Shown piece by piece: positions 27,986-40,512 of a DNA stretch of 64,000 nt. Made by a program: the position numbers and the translations under genes. The stretch is from the human T2T-CHM13v2.0 reference genome, Homo sapiens: NCBI RefSeq assembly GCF_009914755.1, contig NC_060929.1. The stretch is one strand, 5' to 3'. The notes below the pieces were generated by a model, which was not told the origin of the DNA, did not search any database, and saw only the letters and a program-made list of their open reading frames with translations. The first letter of the stretch is position 1; each line of letters starts with the position of its first letter.

Positions 27986-28457
27986 CATATTAGTCAGGGT
28001 TCTCAAGAGAGACAGAACTAATAGGATATATATATATATATATATATCGTTTTATGTATGTGTATATGCATATAAAGGGACGTTTATTAAGTATTAATTC
28101 ACATGATCACAAGGTTCCACAATAGGCCATGTGCAAGCTGAGGAGCAAGGAGAGTCAGTTCGAGTTCCAAAACTGAGGAACTTGGAGTCTGATGTTCAAG
28201 GGCAAGAAGCATCTAGCATGGGAGAAAGGTGTAGGCTAGGAGGCTAAGCCAGTCTAGTGTTTTGCATTTCTCTGGCTGCTTTATATTTGCTGGCAGCTGA
28301 TAAGATGGTGCCCACACAGATTAAGGGTGGGTCTGACTTCCCCAGCCCATTGACGCAAATGTTAATGTCCTTTGGCAACATCCTCACAGACATACCCAGG
28401 ATCAGTATTTTGTATCCTTCAATCCAATCAAGTTGACGCTCAGAATTAACCATCACA
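27986..28457 (-). mobile_element. 3' LTR (MLT2A1-like)
   Basis: TATTAGTCAGGGTTCTC..ACAGAACTAATAGGATATA..TTAACCATCACA; purine tract on the minus strand adjacent at 28458-28470. Confidence 0.9.
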
Positions 28458-28999
28458 AGTCCACTCCTAGACAACTTGAACCCATACGCATCTCCTGAGA
28501 TCATACATAGTCTTCAAGTAAGGACAATAATAAGGTCATAATTATGCCTAACATAATACAACTATCCTTCGTACAACCAGAAATGCACCAATCCCCAAAC
28601 AAAATGCTATTACATAAAGTTAACAATACTTAAATGCTAATAGGAACTCAAAAAGTCTTATGTCACATGATAAAGAAGAAAATGAAATAAAATGAAGATA
28701 TTTCCTTAGTACAAGTGTATACATGCATAAACATGTTTTTAACAAAAGAAGGAGGAAATACTCATGACAATTACAGTCCTTGTGTTCTGCAGTTGGTACA
28801 TGGTGGTAGCTTGTATTGATGACTACCTTCTTCTACTACCCATTCTGTATTCCCTTTGCCTTCAGCAAGCACCTCAGCAGGTCGTGGTTTTTTTCCTGAT
28901 GGAGTGACCCCAACCTTCATTCCTGAAGGGTCTGGGCCATTTCTAGCCCTGCCGGATTGGACTGTTGTAGTTTCCCTTTGACCTTAATCATAGGGCATG

Positions 29000-29240
29000 G
29001 TAATACTAAGAGACATTATAACACCCTTACCTGTGTTGTGGAGTAGTAGACTGATTTCATCTTGATAGTCCAGATCAATCACCCCAGCCAACACTGTAAC
29101 TCCCTTCTTATCCTATTGACTTAAAGGTGGGAGGAGCCCAAAATGTCCAGGTGGCAATCTTAATTTCCAGTTCAGAATCATTGTTGTGTTTCCTGGTGGC
29201 AGCATTCCTCCCTCTGGAACTAAGACCTCTAGGCCGTCAG
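29000..29240 (-). pseudogene. ERV-L dUTPase remnant downstream of integrase
   Basis: LVPEGGMLPPG..LRLPPGHFGLL and GVIDLDYQDEI (motif III) at 29085-29053. Confidence 0.85.
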
Positions 29241-32200
29241 AATGTAATGTCGTGGGAACAGGAAGCAAAAATTTTGCACCATCACTAGGGGTGATGGTGA
29301 GTGTTGTCACTTCCACTTCCAACCCTTGATTCCTGGGCCCATGAATCCTGGCCATGGAAGAAACACTACCATATACTGGGTGCTGATTCAGAGCATACAT
29401 GGCCTCCTGGAGAACTTTTCCCAAGCCCTGCAAAGTACTATCACCTAGTTGGCGTTGTAATTGTAACTTCAAAAGGGAATTTCACCATTCTATTAGTCTA
29501 GCTGCTTCAGGATGATGGGGAACATGGTAAGACCAGTGAATTCCATGAGCATAAGCCCACTGCCACACTTCTTTAGCCGTAAAGTGAGTGCCTTAGTCAG
29601 AGGCAATGCTGTGTGGAATACTGTGACAGTGAATAAGGCATTCCGTGAGTCCATTGGTGGTAGTCTTGGCAGAAGCATTGAATGCAGGATAGGCAAACCC
29701 ATCCCTGGAGTAAGTGTTCATTCCAATGAGGATAAACCTCTGCCCTTTCTATGATGGAAGAGGTCCAATATAATCAAGCTGCCACTAGGTAGTTGGCTGA
29801 TCACCCTGAGAAGTGGTGCAATATCAAGGACTAAGTGTTCTTCTCTGCTGCTGGCAAATCGGGCACTCAGCAGTGGCCATAGCCAGGTCAGCCTTGGTGA
29901 GTGGAAATCCTTGTTGCTGAGCCCATGCGCAACCTCTATCCCTGTCACCATGGCCACTTTGTTCATGGGCCCATTGGGTGATGACAGGGGTGTCTGGGGA
30001 AAGAGGCTGAGTGGTGTCCACAGAACTAGTCATCCCATCCACTTGATTATTAAAATCCTCCTCTGCTGAGGTCACCCATTGATGAGTACTCACATGAGAT
30101 ACAAATATCTTCACAGTTTTTGACCACTCAGAGAGGTCTATCCACATACCTCTTCCCCTTTCTTTGTCACCAATTTTCCAATCATGCTTCTTCCAAGTCC
30201 CTCACCATCCAGCCAAACCATTCTCTACAGCCCATGAATCAGTATATAATCGCACATTTGCCCATTTCTCTTTCTATGCAAAGTGCACAACTAGTTGCAC
30301 TGCTTGAAGCTCTGCCCACTGGGAAGATTTCCCTTCACTACTGTCCTTCAGGCATGTCCTAGAAAGGGGCTGTAGTGCTGCAGCTGTTCACTTTTGGGTG
30401 GTGCCTGCATATCATGCAGAACCGTCTGTGAACCAGGCCCTAGTCTTCTCTTCCCCTGTCAGCTGATCACAGGGAACTCCCCATGAGGCCATCAGTGCAG
30501 GCTGGGGGAGAGAAGGCAGGGTGGCAGGAGTGGAGACCATGGGCATTTGAGCCACTTCCTCATGTAACTTACTTGTGCCTTCAGGACCTGCTCGAGCCTG
30601 ATCACATATATACCACTTCCATTTGATGATGGAATGCTGCTGTGCACGACCCACTTTATGGCTAGATGGGTCAGAAAGCACCCAGTTCATGACAGGCAGT
30701 TCAGGTCACATGGTGACTTGATGATCCATAGTCAAACGTTCAGTTTCCACCAAAGCCCAGTAACAGGCCAAGAGCTGTCACTCAAAAGGAGAGTAGTTAT
30801 CTGCAAAAGATGGCAGGGCCTTGCTTCAAAATCCTAGAGGCCTCCACTATGATTCACCTATGGGGTCCTGCAAAGGCTCCAAACAGCATCTCTATTTGCC
30901 ACTGAGACCTCAAGCACCATTGGATCTGCTGGGTCAGATGGCCCAAGTGCCAGAGCAGCTTGAACAGCAGCCTGGACCTATTGCAGAGCCTTCTCCTGTT
31001 TTGGACCCCACTCAAAACTGGCAGCCTTTTGGGTCACTTGATAAATGCGACAGAATAACACACACCACATGAGGAATGTGTTGCCTCCAAAATCCAAATA
31101 GACCCACTAGGCATTGTGCATCTTTCTTGGTTTTCTCTTGGTTGTAGGGGAGGCCACATGCAGCAACTTATCCTTCACTAGAAAGAATACCTCAGCAGGC
31201 CCCACACCACTGGACCCCTAGATATTTTACTGAGGTAGAAGGCCCCTGAATTTTAGTCAGATTTATTTCCCATCCTCTGGCACACAAATGTCTCAGCAAT
31301 AAGTCCAGTGTGTTTGCTACTTCTTGCTCACTGGATCCAATCAGCATAACGTCATCAATGTAATGGACCAGTGTGACATCTTATGGAAACGAAAAGTGAT
31401 CAAGTTCTCTCTGAATAAGATTATGACACAAAGCTGGAGAGTTGATAAACACCTGAGATAGGACAGTAAATGTGTACTGCTGGCCTTGCCAGTGGGAGGC
31501 AAAATGCTTCTGGTGGGCCTTACAGACAGGAATGGAGAAAAAGTCATTTGCCAAGTTAATGGCTGCATACCAGCTACCAGGAGATGTGTTAATTAGCTCA
31601 AGCAATGAAACCATATCAGGTACAGCAGCTGCAATTGGAGTCACCACTTGATTAAGCTTATGATAATCCATTGTCATTCTCCATGATCCATCTCTTTTCT
31701 GCACAGGCCAAATGAGAGAATTGAATGAGATGTGGTGAGAATCACTATCCCTGTGCCTTTCAAGTTCTTGATGGTGGCACTAATCTCCACAATCCCTCCA
31801 GGGATGGGATATTGTTTCTGAGTTACTATTTTTCTAGGTAGAGGCAGCTGTAATAGCTTCCATTCATCCTTTCCCACCATAATAGCCCTCACCCTACCAG
31901 TCAGGGAGCCAGTGTGGGGGTTCTGTCAACTGCTAAGTATGTCTATGCCAATTATGCATTCTGGCACTGGGGTAAAAACCACAGGATGAGTCCAGGGACA
32001 CACTGGACCCATTGTAAGTTGGACCTGAGCTAAAACTTCATTAATTACCTGACCTCCATAAGCACCTACTTTAACTGGAGGACCACAATGACTTTTAGGG
32101 TCTCCTGGAATGAATGTCAGCTCAGAGCCAGTGTCCAGTACTCCCCAAAATGTTGGATCATTTCCCTTTCCCCAGTGTGCAATTACTCTGGTAAAAGGCT
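29240..32200 (-). pseudogene. ERV-L pro-pol remnant (PR, RT, RNase H, IN), multiply disrupted
   Basis: VLDTGSEL (32141-32118), KRDGSWRMTMDYHKLNQ, YIDD (31362-31351), WFTDGSA, HEQSGH..CPIC zinc finger. Confidence 0.92.
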
Positions 32201-32249
32201 GGGAGGTCTACTTGGGGAAGAATGGGAAAAAGATTAACAACATAAATTG

Positions 32250-33710
32250 TTGGTAGTGTAGTGGGGTTCTTCCTCAAGGGGACCCAGCCTCCCCTTCATT
32301 CAAAGGGTTCTAGGCCTATAAACTGGCTCAAGTCTAGAAATTAATTGAGGGGCCATGATTCTTTGTTTTTATAATTCAAATTAGTCTTTCATCCATTTGA
32401 CCTGTAAATTTCCTGCTTATACAACTTAGGTAGGGATGCAGCAGGCTCCCTATCAATTTCACTTCTAGGAACACTGTAATTAATTAGCTAATGCCAAAGC
32501 GCTACATGAGTCAGACTATTCTGATTGCCACTTTGCCTCTGGTGTCCATTATGATAGCTATGTCTACCTTTCCTTTGACGATTGAGTGCCACCACTTGGT
32601 CCCTGACATCTCAGGATCCAGTTATCCCCATTATATTTAAATTTTGTAGTTGAGTGACTGTGGTTCCCACCATTAGATCTGATATACAGAGAAGAGCAAT
32701 TACAGGCGCCTTCAAAGATGCAGGTGCTGCCCTCACAAATCTATTTCAAAAGGCATTGGTTAAGGGTGTATCTCCTGAACCCTCCCAGCGGGGATGAGTA
32801 GGTCTAAAGTCACTAATCCACTCCACCATCCAATCTCCCTAAGCCTTAGGATCCCTTCCTCTACATTAAACCAAGGGAGATCAGGCATTTCCAGCTAGCT
32901 CACAGTGGGCCATATTTTAATCCATGTTTTAGTTAACCCAGCAAATAAATTATTAGAACCTTTTGTAACTCCATGAGCTGAAACATTAAATGCAGAGTCC
33001 CTACTTAGTGGGCCCAAATCAGTAAATTCAGCCTGATCCAACAATATGTTCCTCCACAATTATCCCATACCCTTAATATGAGAGGGGATGTTGTCACTAC
33101 TGGGGATGGGGAAGCTATTTCTTCTGCCAAAAATGTTCATCACAGTTTACAAACTCAGTGACACCTGGTGAAACTATGCATGCACCTTTGGTTGCAGGTC
33201 AGCCACTCACATGATAAGAGCTTGTGTCTATTTTTCCACTATTTCAGCTCTTTCTCTACAGGAGATAAGACTCTCACTCAGGTAAATCTTAGCACATTTG
33301 AGGCTCGGTATCTCCTTCTGAAGCCGGAAGTTAGAATCCGTGAGTTCATAGTTTTCTTTCATCACTTTCTCCACTGAACTTAGGAGCAGCCAACCAGCTT
33401 CATTACGTTCCTTGGTTCACATATGGTCCATATATGGACCACATATGGTTCACACATGGTCCATATATGGACCACATATGGTTCACATATGGTCAAAGGT
33501 ATTATATATAGAGTTGCTAAACTCCTTGCCTCTCACAGGTGGTGAATCAAGAGTGTCAAATGCATTTATTTTGCATAACTCTGTAAACAGTTAATACCAA
33601 GGACTCTCAGTGTTCTCCATACTATTAGAAGTAGAGACCTTAGCATTTTGGGGTCTAATCATATTAAGCAGCCAACTCCAGAAACCCCAAAACCAAGGAA
33701 AGAACTCCAT
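32250..33710 (-). pseudogene. ERV-L gag remnant (disrupted; probable internal deletion near 33075)
   Basis: Position between PBS and protease; no long ORF remains; boundaries inferred. Confidence 0.6.
33414..33494. repeat. 33-bp tandem repeat (about 2.5 copies) containing an 18-bp palindrome
   Basis: GGTTCAC starts at 33414, 33447 and 33480; TGGTCCATATATGGACCA at 33424-33441 and 33457-33474. Confidence 0.9.
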
Positions 33711-33734
33711 CCTTAGTATTCTGTTCCTCTAGAA

Positions 33735-33749
33735 CCACTCCTGGTACCA
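33735..33749 (-). promoter_or_regulatory. Primer-binding site complementary to tRNA-Leu (UAA-type) 3' end
   Basis: Minus strand TGGTACCAGGAGTGG, 5 nt from the 5' LTR. Confidence 0.85.
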
Positions 33750-33754
33750 AAATA

Positions 33755-33853
33755 TGTATTAGTTAGGGTTCTCTAGAGGGACAGAACTAATGGGTGATAT
33801 ATATATATTTATATATATGTATGTATAAATATATATATAAAATATATATGTGA

Positions 33854-33884
<31 letters not shown>

Positions 33885-34361
33885 CACATATATATATACA
33901 TATATATATGTGTATATATATATATATACATATATATATACATATATATGTATATATATATATATATGTATATATATATAGTAGTTTACTAAATATTAGG
34001 CCACATGCTCACAAGGTCCCACAATAGGCTGTCTGCAAGCTTGAGGAGCAAAGGGAGCCAGTCTGAGTTCCAAAACTGAAGAACTCAGAGTTCAATGTTA
34101 GAGGGCAGGAAGCATCCAGCATGGAAGAAAGATGTAGGCTGGGAGGCTAAGCCAGTCTCATCTTTTCACATTTTTCTGCCTGCTTTATATTAACTGGCAG
34201 CTGATTAGATGCTGCCCACACAGATTAAGAGTGTGTCTGCCTTCCCCATCCCACTGACTCAAATGTTAATCTCCTTTGGCAACACCCTCACAGACATACC
34301 CAGGATCAATACTTTGCAACCTTCAAGCCAATCAAGTTGGCACTCACTATTAACCATCATA
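33755..34361 (-). mobile_element. 5' LTR (MLT2A1-like) with expanded (TA)/(TG) microsatellite at 33797-33980
   Basis: TGTATTAGTTAGGGTTCTCTAGAGGGACAGAACTAA..TTAACCATCATA. Confidence 0.9.
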
Positions 34362-35611
34362 GTACCCAACATTTCCCCATTTCCCTCATCTCCCCAGGCC
34401 CTAGCAACCATCATTATACTCTCTGCTTTTAAGAATTTGACTATTTTAGATTATATATATAAGTGATATCATGCAGCATTTATCTTTCTGTTTCTGGCTT
34501 ATTTCATTTAGCAAAATGTCTCTAGGTTCATACATGTTGTCACAAATGGCAGAATTTATTTCTTTTTTAAGGCTGAATAACATTTCATTAAATAATAATA
34601 GTTTACACTTGCTTTATCCATTTATTTGTTGATGGGCACCTATGTTGATTCCATATCTTGGCTATTGTTAATTATGCTCCAATGAACATGGGGAAGGGAT
34701 AAGGCACAGACATCTCTTTAAGATACTGATTGCATTTCATTTGGATATAAACCTGCACATGTACCCCTTGTATCTAACATAAAAGTTGAAATTTTAAAAA
34801 AGAAAAATATCTTTTCAGTTCCTGAGTTCAGTTTTCATTGTGTTACTTGTTTTTGAGATATTGAAATATTTGTTTTATATATTTTGAATATCCCTTGTTG
34901 AATATATGGTTTGCAAATATTTTCTCTCATTCCATAGGTTGCCTTTCATTTTATTGATTGTTTTCCTTGCTCTGCATAAGATTTTTAGTTTGATGCAATC
35001 TAATTTTCCTGTTTTCCTTTTGTTGCTTGTGTTTTTGTGTCATATCCAAAAAATCATTGCCAAGACCAACGACAAAAAATGACAAAAAGCTTTTCCCTTA
35101 TGTGTTCTTCTACTTGTTTTATCATTAAGTATTTACTCTATTTCATGTTAATTTTTGTACATAGTGTCATAAAGATTTGGTTTCATTCTTCTGCATGTGG
35201 ATATTGAGTTTTCCCATAACAATTTACTGAAGAGACCATCTTTCCCCCATTGTGTGTTCTTGGCATCTTTGTCAATAATCAATTGACTGTAAATGTGTGT
35301 TCTTATTTCTGGGGTCTCCGTTCTGTTTCAGTGATTTATGTCTGATTTTATGCCATAGCATATATTGTTTTGGTTACCATAGGTTTGCAACACATTTAGA
35401 AATCAGAAAGTGTGATGATTTCAGCTTTGCTATTCCTATTAAAAATTGTTTTGGTTATTAAGGCTCTTTTGTGTTTCCATATTGGTTTTAGGATTATTTT
35501 TGTGTTTCTGTAAACAATGTCATTGGAATTTTTGGTAGGAACTGCATTGGCTCTCTAGATCAATTTGGGTAGTATGAAAATTTTAACAATATAAATTCTT
35601 CAAATCCATGA

Positions 35612-35937
<326 letters not shown>

Positions 35938-36111
35938 ATGTCTTTCATTTATGTCTGTCTTATTTCTTTCACAGTGTTTTATAATTTTCAAAGTACAAGT
36001 CTTTCACCTCTTTGGTTAAGTTTATTCCTAAGTATTTTATTGCTTTTGTTGCTATTGTGAATGGGATTGTTACCTTACTTTTTTATTTTATAAATTTTCT
36101 ATGTATATACT

Positions 36112-36399
36112 TTTGAGACGGAGTCTCACTCTGTCACCTAGGCTGGAGTGCAGTGGTATGAGATCAACTCACTACAAACTCTGCCTCCTGGGTTCAAGCA
36201 ATTCTCCTGCTCAGCCTCCCTAGTAGTTGGGACTACAGCGCCACCTTGGCTGGCTAATTTTTTTTTTGTATTTTTAGTAGAGGTGAAGTTTCACTATGTT
36301 GGCCAGGCTGCTCTCGAACTTGACCTCCTGACCTTGGGCGATCTGCTCGCTTCAGTCTCCCAAAGTGCTGATAACAGGCGTGAGCCACTGTGCCCAGCC
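36112..36399 (-). mobile_element. AluS/J element
   Basis: Alu antisense sequence. Confidence 0.9.
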
Positions 36400-37916
36400 A
36401 CCTTAATTTTTTAAAAAATAGTTTGTTGTTTGTGTTTAGAAACATGACTAAATGTGTACGTTGATTTTGTATCCTGCAATTTTACTGAATTTATTTATTC
36501 ATCATAATAGGTTCCTTTTTTGTCTAGTCTTTAGGGTTTTCTACATAAATGATCATGTCATCTGTAAACAGGCCACCCAAAGTACTGGTTAAAAACAAGA
36601 ATGCTATGGAATGACGATGTCTATGGTTACTCAAAGTATTAAGAATGATCATAGTACCTCTTTCCCAGAGGGTCGTTGTGCACACAAAAAGAGTTATAGT
36701 AGTGCAAGGCTTAAATAAGTGCCTGCCGCACAATGAGCACCATTAAAGAGTGGCTCTCACTATGATGATCCTAACCTAACCTTGCTATATCTTCAAATTC
36801 TTTAAAATATTTTGATCAACAAAGAGATATCTCTTGAAGACTCAATCATATACCAGTAAAAACCATCAATAGGAACTTTGAAATTAAGACATTTCCTTTT
36901 ATGATTGCCCAACTAAGATTTTTATTGAAGGATTTCTTTCCCTAATATAATTTTCTGTGCAAGGTAGAAGTAGCTATAGCCTTTTAGATCCTGTTTACTT
37001 TTGCATATGTGTGATAAGAGAGATGTGTCTGTGTTAAATAACGTTTTTTCCTTTTTGCTGCTCTGTATCTATGTCATCTATCTATACCATCTGTCTCTAT
37101 ATCTATCTATATTATCTATATCTATCTATATTATCTATGTCTTCAATGTTGCCTTCACGTGTACTCCAATAAGTGCGTGAGACATAGTGGTGTTCAACAA
37201 ATCCTTGAAAAACTAAATAAATGAATAGGCTCAGATAATATAAATTTTTCTTCAATTTCAGTATACTCATGCCCTGGTGCTTAGAAGCAAACTTGCTGAG
37301 ATGTTATCACCATCACCTTTTGTTTATATTTTGCATTTTGGCTTATAAAGCACATTTAGATTGTATTTCTATAATGGCACAATATATGTTGGGCATGTAT
37401 TTTGTGATTCCAGTTTTACATATTATAATTGGATATGTTTTTGTAACGTAACCTGCTTAGAAACATTTTCATAAGTTATGTATTTACCCATTTTACCCTC
37501 AGAACGATTTAACGAGATAGATTATACAATCACAAAGTCTTTTCAAAGGAGAAAAAATGAACTAAGTAACTTTAAGCAACTCAGACAATAATAGAATTAG
37601 ATAAGTTGTGGAGTTGAGGCAAAAATAGAGATTTAACACTTCACTTTGTCTTGAGTTACATGCTTATCTTGGGATCACCTCTTGTGTGATGAAGGATGCA
37701 GTGTTGTAATTGGCCAGACCTGACACATAAGACTTACCATGGAATTTTTTAACTACAGACACTTAAGAATGAAGGAGGGAAGAGCTATTCAAATGAAAAT
37801 GTGGTACTGTTTTCAGAAGAGGAATTGAATGTTGGCTTGGTAAAAATGATAGATGAACATCGTACCATCTAGCTAGCTTATTACCACAGATGCCTGTAAT
37901 TTGGCTTTCTGTATTT

Positions 37917-38529
37917 ATTTATTTATTTATTTTTTAAATTACACTTTAAGTTCTAGGGTACATGTGCACAACGTGCAGGTATGTTACATATGTATACATG
38001 TGCCATGTTGGTGTGGTGCACCCATTAATTCTTCATTTACATTAGGTATTTCTCCTAATGCTATCCCTCCCCCTCCCCCCACCCCACAACAGGCCCCAGT
38101 GTGTGATGTTCCCCACCCTGTGTCCAAGTGTTCTCATTGTTCAATTCCCACCTATGAGTGAGAACATGTTGTGTTTGGTTTTCTGTCCTTGCTAGTTCAA
38201 CCATTGTGGAAGACAGTGTGGTGATTCCTCAAGGATCTAGAACTAGAAATACCATGTGACCCAGCGATCCCATTACTGGGTATATACCCAAAGAATTATA
38301 AATCATGCTGTTATAAAGACACATGTGCACGTATATTTATTGCGGCAATATTCACAAGAGGAAAGACTTGGAACTAACCCAAATGTCCATCAATGATAGA
38401 CTGGATTAAGAAAATGTGGCACATATACACCGTGGAATATTATGCAGCCATGAAAAAGGATGAGTTCATGTCCTTTGTAGGGACATGGATGAAGCTGAAA
38501 ACCATCATTCTGAGCAAACTATCACAAGG
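37917..38529 (-). mobile_element. L1PA insertion with 5' inversion (twin priming)
   Basis: Minus 3' end 37917-38191 joined to + oriented upstream segment 38192-38529; TSD TTTCTGTATTT at 37906-37916 and 38531-38541. Confidence 0.93.
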
Positions 38530-40138
38530 TTTTCTGTATTTCTGTAGACACCTCCTTGTAAAATCATTTATTCCAAGTTATTTTATCACCCATTTCCTTC
38601 CTCCAATGTCCCATACACATACTTCTGCATTTGGAAACAGTCTTACCTATTGAAACTTTTTTTAACTTAAGAATTATATTGTAATATCTTTGGCAAATTT
38701 AACTTTCACAACCATTAAATTTGTTGATTTTAAATTAAGAAACAAAAGATCAAAATAATATGTGTGAGAGAAAGTGGGTAATTTTCTTAAGGTGAAGAGT
38801 AGAAGTACAAAGGTGGGTATATTCGAGAGGTAAAAAAAGTCTATTTAAGAGATCTAGAATCCTAAAATAATGTATGTAATACTCAATCGATTAATGAACA
38901 AAAATAGCAGAAATGTTTAAATACATAGGACCATAGAATAATACATGTAAGTTTAAAAATCATTAGGACTGGAAAAAAATTATTTGGTTTTGAAAAGTTG
39001 GTCACTTGTGCAGATTCAAAGCTCTTTCCTCTCTGACATATAGGCTGTCTTTTCTATTTCAGATAAAAATGAATTAGAATTGAGTAGGAATAACCATAAG
39101 CACACAGTCTTGATTCCAGTTCAATTTCTGCTACAAGGATAAAAAAAACAAACCACAAGAAGTTTCTACGCTTCAAATTCTTCTTCTGTAGAATGGGCGG
39201 TGGTGAGGTAGGGTGGTGAGTTAGGGTCAACTTACATTCGACTCTACAATTCTTAGTGATGCTTTTGAATTTACAGTTGGAATGGACACTAAAACCATGT
39301 TTTTCATCCTCTTCATCTTATAGATGTGGAAACTGAGGGACGGAGGCATTGATTGATTGATCTAAATGAACACATAGCTGGTTATTTTCAACACTGGTTA
39401 GCAAATTGCCTGAAACAATTGATGAAAACTTGCTGCAGGGGGGTGGGTAATATAATGCTTCTCTCTCACCTCATCATCTCCAAACTTTCAGCCATTCATG
39501 TTCCATGTTATTTTATTCTAAATAAAACATCTTGGAAGAGGAAGGCAAAGTAGAGAAGAGAAGATACAGCCGGAGAACCTGAGGGTTGCTGGAGAGGACT
39601 CATCTTCTGATGTAATATAACAGTGAAGCTCTTTCTAAGAAATTGAAACAGAGTTTTACCTTGTTCTCCCTTGTTCAAAGTTCAAATTATAAACTTTATT
39701 TGCTTCATAAGTATACTTTGTGATGGCTATACGTGCACAGTTCTTAGGAGGGATTTTGAACTGCACTCTAATGCAGTGCTTCCAACTTGGCTTATCTTGA
39801 AAGCTAATTGAAGTGAAAGACTATAAAAACATTTACAAACCATTTTCAGATTTCTGAAGGTGTTTAAAATGAAGATTTATATTTTTCCTTTCTCCACAAG
39901 TTCCTAACTCAGCTGATATTCTCTAATCACTGAAGAAATCTCTCTTCTCATTCTGAGTCCTCCATCTGAACTTTTATTGCATATTGGCTACTTTTCAGAG
40001 AATAATGCTCTTAACTGTTGGGATTATTTTGCTTGAATATATTTTTGGCATTATTTCATTCTGAGGAAGAGGGTTTCCTCCATGCTTTATTCCAGCTGTA
40101 CAGAAGTTGATCAAATCTGTGCTGTATCACCCCTTCCT

Positions 40139-40157
40139 TACCAGTAGGGGGCAACTG
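40139..40157 (+). promoter_or_regulatory. CTCF-like motif CCAGTAGGGGGCAA
   Basis: Matches CCASYAGRKGGCR at 40141-40153. Confidence 0.5.
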
Positions 40158-40440
40158 AGAATTTTTAACCAAGTCTTTTAAACTCATTTCTATTTAAAAG
40201 AAGCCACAATGGTCAAGTTCTATTTGTTTTTGACCTCCTCTTCTATCACCCAAGCAAACTTTTTAGATTTCCTCTTTAAAAAAACCAGTGACCCGCTATT
40301 GCCTATCAGTAACTTTTCAACCCCTTAGCCTGGATCCTAAGGCCCCCTGTGACCTAACATTTACTGATGAAGCCCTGCCTCTCTTCCCCTCTTTCCATAT
40401 TGAGTGCTATCATGTAACTAGTGTTCCCAAATGTTTGGCT

Positions 40441-40512
40441 CTTTTGTATTTATGCACCTCAAAAATATATTGACATATGTTGACATATTTTTGAGGTGCA
40501 CAGATACAAAAG
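40441..40512. repeat. 72-bp imperfect palindrome
   Basis: CTTTTGTATTTATGCACCTCAAAAATAT versus ATATTTTTGAGGTGCACAGATACAAAAG, centre CATATG. Confidence 0.92.

Larger units (their letters stand above)
27986..34361 (-). mobile_element. HERV-L (class III ERV-L) provirus with two MLT2A-type LTRs
   Basis: Paired LTRs, tRNA-Leu PBS, gag-pol-dUTPase order, no env; 5-bp TSD TTACC/GTACC. Confidence 0.95.

Noticed and set aside
33735-33749. tRNA-Leu gene
   Set aside because: Only the 3' ~15 nt match; it is the retroviral primer-binding site
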